DNA of 64,000 nt from contig OY740814.1 of the NCBI GenBank assembly GCA_963514005.1, positions 15,004,001 to 15,068,000 on the forward strand, written 5' to 3'. Source of the DNA: Raja brachyura (Eukaryota). Below, one piece after another: positions 1-11,700 of this stretch. The notes under the pieces are model-generated. The model did not search any database. It saw nothing but the letters and a program-made list of their open reading frames with translations, and was not told the origin of the DNA. A program made the position numbers and the translations under genes. Position 1 is the first letter of the stretch. Each line of letters opens with the position of its first letter.

Positions 1-163
1 TAGCGAGTCTTCCCGGGTACCTGCCGTTAACGTTACGAGCCACTAAGAGACGTCCCCGAGCTCCGACGTACCCGCTACGTTCATTCTCCGTGCTTACCAC
101 GAGTTTGATTTTTTTTAAACTCCGGAGAGCTCTTGGAATGAACTAGTACTGTGGGACAGGGCT
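1..163. mobile_element. Right end of a PIF/Harbinger-like MITE (terminal TGGGACAGGGC), truncated by the window edge
   Basis: CpG-rich 160 bp ending in GTGGGACAGGGC, the same terminal motif as the element at 53876-54135. Confidence 0.5.
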
Positions 164-409
164 ATTAAATGGGTTCCTATTTGAAAGTTTTAAATGTTAC
201 TTTGTTTAAAATATGCTTTATTTTCAAAATGTATTACATGACACTTGAATGTTTATGGTCAATTTCTGTACTGTTGCATTATACTTTATCAAAGCACATT
301 TGAAAATGCATGGTCATTTAACCTTCCTATGGCCTAAGAAAATTGATACACTGGTTTTAAATGAGTTAAAAATATACACAGCTAATTTTGTTTCCCTTTT
401 GTTTTGAAG

Positions 410-504
410 ATCTGCAAACTGATGACGCAACTCTGAGTAACGATTGTGAGGAAGCATTTTATTACAATACAGTGATTAACTGCAGTCAAGCACATTTCAG
501 CTAA
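410..504 (+). CDS. ZWILCH: Zwilch kinetochore protein, last coding exon
   Basis: Pyrimidine-rich acceptor (tttcccttttgttttgaag|410); phase-1 reading (D)LQTDDATLSNDCEEAFYYNTVINCSQAHFS* resembles the vertebrate ZWILCH C-terminus (..CSQVHFK*); convergent with LCTL as in human; donor AAG|gtaaat after 521. Confidence 0.8.
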
Positions 505-954
505 ATCATTGTAGGAAAAAGGTAAATCGAACAGTATAATTTTTTTCCAAACATTGTACCTTTTTATTCTACATGGAGAGTTAATCATTCTACTACAGGC
601 ACTTGAACATTATCCCGTCAAGATTTTCTCCAGTACTACCTAGCAACCAGGATAATGTATGTGGTTAGAAGAGCAAAACATTAAAGATGATGCAAATCTA
701 AAATCAAATCAAAAATCCTGGAGATACTCAGCGGGTAGCATTTTGTAGAAAATAAAAAAAATTAACTGCTCAGGTCGACCTACTGTTAGAACGCAGTTTA
801 CTAAGTTGCCACAATTACTGAATATGATTTCATAAAGATGAATAATTGGTACACAATAGATAATTTCAAATGTATTATGGAGTTGCACAGCATGCAAAGA
901 GGCCCTATGGCCCAACCCATCCATGCACCCTTCCAAGCTTGTTCTATTTGCCGG

Positions 955-1038
955 TACACAAAAGGCTGGAGAACCTCAGCGGGTGCAGCAGCAGCTATGG
1001 AGCGAAGGAGATAGGTGACGTTTCGGGTCGAGACCCTT
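955..1038 (-). mobile_element. Penelope-derived short element, single arm
   Basis: Near-identical to the arms at 9359-9560, 26256-26385 and 48939-49160. Confidence 0.75.
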
Positions 1039-1217
1039 GTTCTATTTGCCTGTGTTTGGCCCATATCTCTCTAAACCTATTCATTTACCTTTCCAAATGT
1101 CTTGATATCGTATGTGTCTCAACTACTTCATTATGTGGCTTATGCCATATATGTTGCACCCTCTATGTGGAAAGAGTTGCTCCTCGGGTTCCTATTATAT
1201 CTTTCAGTGAAGTATAT

Positions 1218-1532
1218 CAGTGAAGAAAGCGAATGGTATGTTAGCATTCATAGCAAAAGGATTTGAGTATAGGAGCAGGGAGGTTCTACTGCAGGTGTAC
1301 AGGGTCTTGGTGAGACCACAGCTGGTGTATTGCGTACAGTTTTGGTCTCCAAATCTGAGGAAAGACATTCTTGCCATAGAGGGAGTACATAGAAGGTTCA
1401 CCAGACTAATTCCTGGGATCAGGGGCTATGGAGAGAAGGCAGGTAAGGGATACTGAGTTGGATGATCAGCCATTATCATATTGAATGGCCGAATGGCCTA
1501 CTCCTGCACCTATTTTCTATGTTTCTATGTTT
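1218..1532 (+). mobile_element. CR1 LINE 3' fragment
   Basis: KKANGMLAFIAKGFEYRSREVLLQVYRVLVRPQLVYCVQFWSP is a CR1 ORF2 C-terminal motif; TTTCTATG-type tail. Confidence 0.9.
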
Positions 1533-2093
1533 CCCCTCTCACTTAAACCAATGCCCTCTAGTTTGGGATTATGAGTGACAAAACTTAATATGAACTCCTG
1601 AACCTGACTCAGCTTTTAATTTTGTGTAGTAGAATTAAAAATACCGTAGAATTGGTTTTGATGCCCATTTTACAAGTTTGAATAATAGCTTTAAGATTCC
1701 ATCTTTCAGTGGTAATTTTATTTGGACAAACCCCTTGACAACTGTTATGATTTGTCAGCAATACTTTACAATAGATCAATTAATAATATTTGTTTACAGA
1801 GATAATATACCATTGAGTATATGTTATATGGACAGGGGAATTGTGTGTCAATGGTTAGTGATTCACGTGTAAAAATCACATGTTCAGCTTGTCTTTTGAC
1901 TCATTTTTTACTATATTTTAATCTAGACCAAGTTGTTATGGTCTTCATTGTGACACACTGAAGAACTGGCTGATTTATTCAACGTGGCACTTTTCATTAG
2001 CACACAGTAATATTGTTTTCACTATACTTTTTTGAACATTGCATCTTGCAACTATTAATGTTGGCTGCCAAAGTCAAAATTGTTCTTCTGCAG

Positions 2094-2750
2094 GAACTGG
2101 GTCTGAATTTTCAAGAAGAGACATAGGTTGTAGTATTTATTTTCTTTTATCGGTACTGAATCATTGTTAATATGGGTTTGGATAGCACATGGTGCTTAGT
2201 AGGGAAGGAACAATTGGAAGAAGAATCCAATTATCCTGTTGTTACCTCAGTCATGGAATATTAATGGCAAGTTTGGATGAGGGTTTTGTTTCAAAAACAG
2301 TTTTACTATCCCAGGTTTTACTATCTCATTCACTGGCAATAATACAAGCAGTATCTTTGGACTTGATACTAATGAAGTATCAAATCATTTTTTGTTAACT
2401 TTTTTCTATTTCAACAAACTTGCTGAAGAAGTAGAAGATTGTTAGCCATCCATATTTGTTCTTGTATACCGCAACAACAATCTTCGTTTCTCATTTTCTC
2501 CGAAGTAGGAACATCAGTAAAATAGCACTCAGGAGTATACATAGGGTGCACACGGTCGGAACGACAATCTCAGTCACCATCTCCATATGATTGATGAGAG
2601 GATCTAAAAGTCAAAACAAAAAGACATGATGCAAATAATCCTTTCAATTATTTGAGAAATAATTTATTTGCACTAAATCAAGTGAATTTGTGATTAAATT
2701 GTTTTATCATGTGCCCATTCTGTTTTTAATAAAGACTGTGTTACATCTTT
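2094..2750 (+). other. ZWILCH: Putative non-coding terminal (3' UTR) exon of ZWILCH, antisense to the LCTL last exon
   Basis: Acceptor ttgttcttctgcag|2094 can pair with the donor after 521; AATAAA at 2728-2733. Confidence 0.45.
2491..2603 (-). CDS. LCTL: LCTL exon 13 (transmembrane anchor and stop)
   Basis: (D)[36 protein letters not shown]; acceptor tgacttttag. Confidence 0.95.
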
Positions 2751-5700
2751 TGCTGAGAATATTGACGGCAGTGTTGTGCTCTTCTACTTTTTATGGCAAG
2801 ATCTCATGAATGAAGCATTAAATTCCTTTGAAGCACATAAGCTCCAGATAGAGATACAACCTTGACAGGTTTACAGGTTAGAAGTTTGAGCTGTAACATT
2901 GATCATTTTCCAGTAGTAATGTCATAGGAATATAGAAATTATATCTTGAAACCACTCAAAAGTATCTTTGATTATTTGGCTATTAATGTATTTGGATTGT
3001 GAGTGTAAATTTCAGCAGAGCATGAGAGATACTGAGCTAATAACCTCTTTGTATTAAAGCATCCCAAGTATGTCCTTTCCCATTTCTAATTCTCTGACTT
3101 GGGTCCATGTAACCAAATATCTTTGAGTCAATCATTTAAAGAGGTCAGCTACTCACACATGTCTTCATTGCCTATTTTCTGGGGTTTTTTCTTGTCTAAT
3201 CCTTGTTCCCCTTTTCAAGACCCGTACATGCTTACTAAATTGCTCCCCATTGAGCTTGTTTATATCTTGCTGCCATGGGCACCTGGACTCAGTTCATAGC
3301 CACCATCTGTTCTTTCTTTAAAACAAAGCAACTCCCAGATGACGGGGCAGTTGTGTTCCTAGAAAATGGCCCATGTTAAATTTTCCATAAAGTGAAGCTG
3401 AGTTATCTGCAAACAAGTCAAGAATTGCAAGGTGAAAAAAATTAATTTTGTTTATTTACTTTTTACAAATTCTGTAAGTTATATTCCAAATGTCAAATTT
3501 TTGGGTAATGACTTGAGAATTTTGTAAGCGCCGATTTATGATAACTGAATGCTCGTAACATGGGTGCTCTCCGCCAGGTCTATTGGCTCTGTAGTTTCAT
3601 CAAGAACAACAAACCCAACTCTTTCTATCATGGGCATTCTGATCTTCTAATGGCACCCTCCTTGTCTGTCTTGTGGGTTTACTTTTCTCCTCCCCTGCAA
3701 CTCCAACCAGGATCTATACAAACTCACGTAATTCTCTGTCCATCATATTGATTAATTTTGTATGTGTTTATTGAAGTTCTTAGGGCTAGGAGGTAAATCT
3801 GGTCGGCCTCACTGTTTGTACAATATTTAGCTCTTTCTGAAAACTTTATTCTAGCTTTTACCACCTGTAGATTTGCTTTTTCCACTGTCCCCAGCAGGTT
3901 TCTTAGCTTTTTTCACTTTGCAGGTGGCACTTTTGTGGTACTGAGTCCTGTGTTGTCTGTGTGGAGTATGCATGTTACATCCCAAAGACATACCAGTAGG
4001 CTAATTGGCTCCTTTAAATTTCACTTGTGTAGATTTAAGAGAAACGGAGGGAAGTAGGGGGAGGGGAAGGGCGGATGATGATGGACCTGTGAGAGAAAAT
4101 ATGAAGCAGGGAAATAAGTTTTTTGGGGAAGAATGGGTTTGCTTTGAGAGGTGGCACGGATATAATGGGCCAACTGGCTCCTGCTGTTATATTCCAGCAG
4201 CCCAAGAATTTGAAAGCTGTCTGATATTGTGATTTTATAAACCAAACAACTCAACTAGCAGAAAACGAATCATTTTAGTTTAAATGAATAGAATATTTTA
4301 AATGGGAAAGCATTAAAATTAAAATGCACAATTTTTCAAAATATTTACTCAATGTAATTATTTTAGAGAAATTGTAAATATGAAAGGACAAAGTAATCTC
4401 AACCTATTTTAGCCATGATTTGTAACCCAAAAGGCTAATGTGCACATCTTTCTTTGTTGCTTTCAAGACTTGATCTTGGCACTGAAAAAATGACATCAAG
4501 CCCTTAATACCTAAACTTCATCATGCACTGGCCAAACTGTTGCCAAATGTGCCTGCTTCTCATTTGTTCCGTCTGTTCTTCCAGCTGAAAAGGGCAAACA
4601 GAAAAGAACCCATTAGCCCATGAGTGGTCCTCCTATACCTTCCTGCAATTTTAAATATAGTGATGTCATTGTCACTTTAAAAGCACTATAAAAAATGATG
4701 CATAGGTCAACCGAGTGTTTGTGGAAATTAGTAAATGTATGGAGAATATAACCTTGAGTGGTGCAACATGTTATGTGGTGTGTGTATTTAATAGTGTTAG
4801 GATTAGTAAAATTTATTTTTCAAAATATTAATTATTGATGTGTGTATCGTCATGTTTATTTCAAGTAAAGTGTAATAGAATCAAAGAATGCAGTTGTTAA
4901 ACATAAGCCAGTATATTATTAATGGAATCATTCATTTCAAAACATTAACTTTTTTTAACAAAAATGCTTTTATGTAGGGGGAAGGCTAAATTTATTTTGA
5001 ACCCCAGAAATCTTTATCTTAAAATTAACGTTCTTAAAAGGCGGGTCGAGGTTGCAGAATATTGTGATACATGCATTAGATTTTATGGTCCCTTTAAGGA
5101 GAAAAAAAAACAATGGGCTTGCCTGTCCAAATGTGAACTGATTATAAAGTAACTGAAAACTAAAATGAAAAAGGCTACAGACGGCTGGGAAGTGAGTAAC
5201 TTAAATAGTTCGATTTCTAATTGGTTGATGATGTCCGTTGTAACAAATTTCATTTATTCTCTGCATTTTTTATAAAATGGGATATGTTCCTTTTGTGAAT
5301 GGGCTATCTTCATTTTGCAAATAGAGGAATGGTCTGATGTAGCTGCAAATTAAATCTTTCCATCTAGATAGTGGCATTGTTTCACTATTATAGTTTGGTT
5401 TATGCTTTATTTGGAGTTTGGAGTCAAAGCAATAGTTAATTCACTGCTGATAATTTATGTAGAACTATGAAACATTTTGTTGGCTGGAATAGAGAAAGTG
5501 GTGACAATTTCTTAATACAGTCAATTCGTGAAGGTACGGGAACATCTACTTGACCAAGGTAGCCATTTTGTTCATTCACGGTTACCCAACATTTCTGTTG
5601 CCCAGTTCAAACATTGTTTATCATTCAAGTCAGCTGATGTAGTCATTCATTACCTGTGAGTAAATCAAGCTTTGCCATGCTTCTGTTTCCCTGTCCACGT

Positions 5701-8700
5701 AATCTATATTTCAGGGTTATTCTGCAGATAATAACTTTTTGTGTTACCTATGCAATATTTTATAATTGGGATGGTTTGCACTGAATTAATTGATGTGTTT
5801 CCCCTCCCCAAAATGGTTATGAATCTTTTTGATGCCATTGTTAACATCCAAAATAACATGTAAGAATAAAATATAATGTGTCAAACCATAACTTCTGCCT
5901 TCTGCCTTTGACCATATCCCGGAAAGAGTGCCGTGACGGCAAGTGTCTGCAATTTGTTTATAGGTTTCATTTGTCAGTATATTGAGTATAGAAGTTGGGA
6001 GGTCATGTTGCAGTTATATAAGACACTGGTGAGGCAACATTTTGAGTACTGCGTTCAGATCTGTGCACCATGTTAAAGGAAAGATGTTATCATGTTGGAA
6101 AGGGTACAGAGAAGATTTACGAGGACGTTGCCAGGACTTGGCTGAGCTATAGGGAGAGGTGAGCAGGGTGGGACTATTCCTTGGAGCGCAGGAGGATGAG
6201 GGTTGATCTTGTAGAGGTGTATAAAATCATGAGAGGAATAGCTCAGGTACACGCACAGAGTCTCTTGGCTGGAGCAGGGGAATCAAGAACCAGAGCAAAT
6301 GGGTTTAAGATGTACTCTAATTTTGCCCTCTAATCTCATATGTGGGACCTTATTAAATGCTTTCTGAAAGTCCAGGTACACGACATCCACTGGCTCTCCC
6401 TTGTCCATTTTCCTAGTTACATCCTCAAAGAATTCCAGAAGATTAGTCAAGCTTGAAATCCATGCTGACTACTGCTATCCAAATGTGCCGCTATTTCATC
6501 TTTTATAATTGACTCCAGCATCTTCCTCACCACTGATGTCAGGCTAACTGGTTTATAATTTCTTGTTTTCTCTCTCCTGCCTGTCTTAAAAAGTGGTATA
6601 ACATTAGCTACCTTCCAATCCACAGGAACTGAACCTGAATCTATAGAACATTGGACAAAGATCACAAATGCGTCCATGATTTCTAGAACCACTTCCTTAT
6701 GTACCCTGGGATGCGGCCCATCAGGCCCTGGGGATTTATCATCCTTCAGCCCCATCAGTCTGACCAACACCATTTCCTGTCTAATGTGACCCAACTGTCT
6801 TTTCAGGTGTAGTAGCAATTCACTTGAATTTACAATTGAGTGCGCCGCATTGTGTGTTCTCAAAGTAATCTCTTCAGCACTGGAGAACTCAAGAGAAGAC
6901 TAGATGATTGCTTTCTAGACTACTGCACACAGTGACACTGAGCTTCCTTTTGCTCACCATTTTTAATTATCCACTCCCACTGTGATTTTTCTGAGTGTTA
7001 CTCATCTTCTGGGCATGTTGCAACCTTCTAGACTCAAAATTAGCATGTCCAAATTTGGGTATCTTGGTCTTTCCTCCTGTCTTTCAAAACTAGCAGTTTC
7101 TGCATTCATCCAACTGTGATCTTTGACTCATTATTTACTCTCTCCATTAATAGAGCTTGGCCAACTGGTCATATCCGACAGCCCAAACCATAATTTGCTT
7201 CTGGCTGTCACATTGACCCATTTGGTGCAAGGAGATATTCCCTTTGTTCTACCCATCCTTCGCCCACCCTCTCTGCTACAGAAAATGTACTTATTTTTTC
7301 TCATCCCCCATTCTGACAAAAAATCTCAGACCTGAAACATTTACTATTTCTCTTCACACAGATGGTGCTTGACCTGGTGAGTATTTCCAAGTATTTTCAG
7401 CTTTTAATGTAACATTGTCCTTTAGTTTAGCTTAATGTAACCTTTTATGGGATGGTTAGAAAACACCGTATGTGATGCTGTGGATGGCATTGTACTGGAG
7501 AGAGTGCAGAGGAGATTCACCACAATGTTGCCCGATTAGAGGATTCTAGCTATGGGGAGAGATTGGATAGGCTGGGCCCAATTTCCCTGGCGCACAGGAG
7601 GCTGCGGGTCAACTCGAAATAAATATATAAAATTAGAAGAAGCGTAGCAGGGTAGGTAGCGCGAACTGTTTTTCCTATGGTAGGTGTATCATAGAACCAT
7701 AGAAATAAGGTGCAGGAGGAGGTCATTCGGCCCTTCGAGCCAGCACTGCCATTCATTCAGGAACGGGGTACCGATTTTGGATCATGGCTGATCATCCAAA
7801 ATCGGTACCCCGTTCCTGCTTTCTCCTCATATACCTTGATTCCATTAGCCCAAAGTGCTATATCTAACTCTCTCTTGAAAACATTCAGTGAATTGGCCTC
7901 CACTGCCTTCTGTGGCAGGTAATTCTACAGATTCACAACTCTCTGGCTGAAAGTTCTTCCTCATCTCAGTCCTAAATGGCCTACCTTATTCTTAAACTGC
8001 GACCCTTCTGGACTTCCCCAACATCAGGAACATTTTTGCTACATCTGGCATGTCCAATCCCTTAAGAATTGTATTTGTTTCTATAACATCCCCTCTCATC
8101 CTTCTAAATTCCAGTGAATACAAGCCCAGTCGATCCATTCTTTCATCATATTTTAGTCCTGTCATCCCGGGAATTAACCTGGTGAACCTACGCTGCACTT
8201 CCTATCAAAAACAAGGGCATAGGTTTCAGTTAAGAGATTTAAAGAGGACTGTAGTGGAACGTTTTTTTATTCCACAGAGTGATTGATATATGGAACGTCC
8301 TGCCAGAGGAGGGGCGGTGGAATCGGATACATTCACTTTAGGAGGCATTTAGACAGACAGAGTTAAATAGGCATGGCGTGGAAGGTGTGGCCCTAATGCT
8401 GGTGTGGTCAGAACACCCCATTTCTGTGCTGTTTGACTCATTATTTACTCTGGCCAATGCATATTCCAATGTATTTACAGCAGTCAATAATAGTGAACTT
8501 CCACTGTCTGATGCTAATCAAATAGAATGGATGGGCACTGTTACTGAATAACGCTCCTTCCCATATTTTGATAAACACACACAACTGTTCCTTGTCGAAT
8601 AGGGAGTGGGAGGGTGATTACTTGAGTTATATAAATAATGACATCACTTGTTCGTGTTCTGCAAAGAGGCAGAGGGACCTTTGTGTCCCCCATAAGGTGA

Positions 8701-11700
8701 AATATCAACAGCTAGGCAGCCCAGAAAAAGACAATGGTATAATTACTACATTTGTGCTCTGGCTAGAGCAGACATTGATGGGCTTTATTGCCTTGCTCCA
8801 GATGTGCTTCTAAATGCCTTTGTGACGGTTCACCTACCTGCAGCAAGCAGTGCATTGGTGGTTGAGCATGTCTCAGCGGCCTTACGCAGCCAGTTGTCAA
8901 TCTACCAGAGAGAAGTGGAAAATTTGTTTAATCATCATCATTTGGATAAGAACCAACATTCTGCTGCCGTGGGGAGGTAAAACATTGTTCTGGTAAACAA
9001 AACACGAGAGGTCGCCAGTTTCCTGGAATCAGATAATATTCCATGCTCATACTGATGGATTTGGAATTTCTTGAATCCATCAAATCTAAATACTGATAGA
9101 TTTTGAGTAGGAGTTTCTACGTTTTCTAGCAGTGTAGGAGGCCGTTTGGCCCATCGACCCTTTGCCTGCTCTGAGTAATTGTATTCCTCCATATATTTAC
9201 CTTGAAACCTATTTTCCCCCATCAATTCTACCACCCATAGATGAGGGACAATTTATAGTAGCTAATTCACTTGCTAACTCACAATTATCTGTAATGTGGA
9301 TGATACCGGAGCATCTGAGAGAAGCCAAAGAGGTCACAGGGAGTCATAACATAGATAGGATACACAAAAGGCTGGAGAAACTCAGCGGGTGCAGCAGCAT
9401 CTAAGGAGCGAAGGAGATAGGCGGCGTTTCGGGTCGAGACCCTTCTCGTCCCGAAACGTCGCCTATCTCCTTCGCTCCTTAGATGCTGCTGCACTCGCTG
9501 AGTTTCTCCAGCCTTTTGTGTACCCTCGATTCTCCAGCATCTGCAGTTCCTTCTTTAACACATAACATAGATAGCACTGGAGGTCAAAATTGAATTCATG
9601 TTGCTAGGGCTGTCAGACCCAGTTCTACCACTGTATTGTTAAATTATACTAAGTATTGATTTATTCAGTATCAGTACATTCTTTACTTTCATGCCAGTGT
9701 TACCCAATTACCTTTTATCAGGCATAAAATAGCAAAATGTTTACAAAGGATGTAGGAGTGAAATGCACATTGTGAGTTTTCAATTCCACACTTTTCATTT
9801 AAATCAATATCTTTCCCCTCCACTGCTGATTCAACGTGAAAAATAAAAACATCACAAGATGCACTGAATCAGTGTTAGTGAATTCAGGATAGTTAAGCAA
9901 CATGGGAAATAGCACAGCCAGCACATTCAGCTAGTTTCAAAACCTGATGCTCTCTCAACAGTCCATTGATTCAGAGAAACATAAAAAATAGGTACAGGAG
10001 TAGGCCATTCAGCCCTTCGAGCCAGCACTGCCATTCAACAATATACCTCAGTACACGATAGCACTACAATCTTTGCACCACCTTACTCACCATTGTCCTG
10101 TGATGTAAATTAAACAAGTTTTATTCAGATTGATGGTATATTTTACAAGTTATTCACGTTAAAAACTTTAAAAAAAAACTTTTAAAAACCTGTCTGCCCC
10201 TCAGCAGTGTTTCACCCCACAATGATATCACAATGGAATCTCATTTACATGAAAAAATCTCCCTTTTAAAAACCACAGCAGCGTTCCATCTCACAATGAC
10301 GTCACAATGGGATCCCGAATTTCATTTACATTTAAAAAAAAAACGTTTTCAAAATGTTCCGTTGTGGGAGGGGGGGTGGGATAAGGGGGAGGTTTCATTT
10401 AAAAAAGCACACCCAATTTTCATTATTGGGGGGGGCGGTGGGTGTGCGATAGGGGGGAGGTAAGGAATGGGGGAGCCGGGGGATAGAGAGAGAGAGAGAG
10501 GAGGGGGGTAGGGAGGGAGAGGCAGGGGAAACTGGGTGAGGTGAGGTGGGGGAGGAGGGGGGGGATAGAGGGAGAGGAGGGGTGGGTAGGAAGTGGGAGA
10601 TAGAGGAGGGCAGTGGGGATGGTCGGGAGGGAGAGTAGGGGTGTGGGATAGGGGAGAGGTGAGAGGTGAGGAGTGGGGGAACGGGTATAGAGAGAGAGGA
10701 GGGGGGTAGGGAGGGGAGAGGTTATCAAGGGAGGGAGTGACGGTAGAGGAAAGTAAAGGGAGGGAAAGGTGAGGGAGGGAGTGGGGGAGAGGAGGAGGAG
10801 AGGGGAAAGTAGAGGGAGGGTGAAGAGGGGAGGGAGTGCTGGGGGATGAGGGGGAATGGACGAGGATAGGGGTAGAAAGGGATGGGGAGGCGCAGTTGGG
10901 GGAGGGATGCTGTGACGCGCGCCACAACGGGGATCTCTGGCGTCACAACGGGAACGGGTGAGTGGTGGAATATTACGTTGGTGGAACGGGGCCCAACGGG
11001 TCTCACTTGGTCGAGTAATCACTGAAAGTGAGTATTATTGTTGTTAATTATATAATCTGTGGTACTCACTTCTCTCTGGTTGGGAAATCCATTGGAGCTG
11101 ATCATCTTCCTGTAATATTGAACTGAAGCCTTGGGATACCTTCTCTTGTGTTTGCTTTTAAAATCAATGTAGTAAAGGCCAAATCTTTCTGAATAACCTT
11201 CATCCCATTCAAAATTGTCCAGCAGTGACCAGGATGTGTAACCCTTCACTTGAGCACCATCTTTCACAGCTGCAATGTTTCAAAACCACATGTGATTATA
11301 AACACAAATATTTGATAAAGCATCAGGAAATGCTGGAAACTCATCATGATCTCATGAGCATTTGCATAAAGAAAAATTCAGGTTTGCAGACATAGCAATG
11401 TTTCAGTCAGAAAAAAAAGGTTTATGTCCAAACCACTGTGAATTTAGTTTGCTTTGGTTGGATGATACTAAAATAACTACAAATCATCTTTTTCTCAAAA
11501 AGGCTATCAGGATTGATTGTTGTCAATTGCAGCATCTAAAAATATAAGCAGATGTTTATTTATTGATAAGAAAAAAGTAGCCATTTCTCCTATCATTAGT
11601 ATCATCTCCCTCTGCCTTTTGTAATCAAATCAGTTCTCTCCCCTGCTCTAACTCCCTGACTGTCTTCTCCATCTTCACTCTTATGTTCGTTTTGCTCTTG

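Noticed and set aside
415-450. TGATGA...CTGA resembling C/D-box snoRNA motifs (RPL4 neighbourhood hosts snoRNAs)
   Set aside because: Boxes only ~7 nt apart and inside the ZWILCH coding exon; no RPL4 exons found in the window
5654-5703. Candidate 50-nt LCTL cassette exon ([17 protein letters not shown]) with a good donor CAG|gtaat
   Set aside because: Acceptor lacks a polypyrimidine tract and the length shifts frame into both downstream exons; unsupported without RNA data
10349-11022. Long Pro/Ser/Leu-rich ORFs (192 and 199 aa); similar ones at 26434-26787 and 58486-58834
   Set aside because: Artefacts of C-rich low-complexity tracts inside repeats; open in several frames
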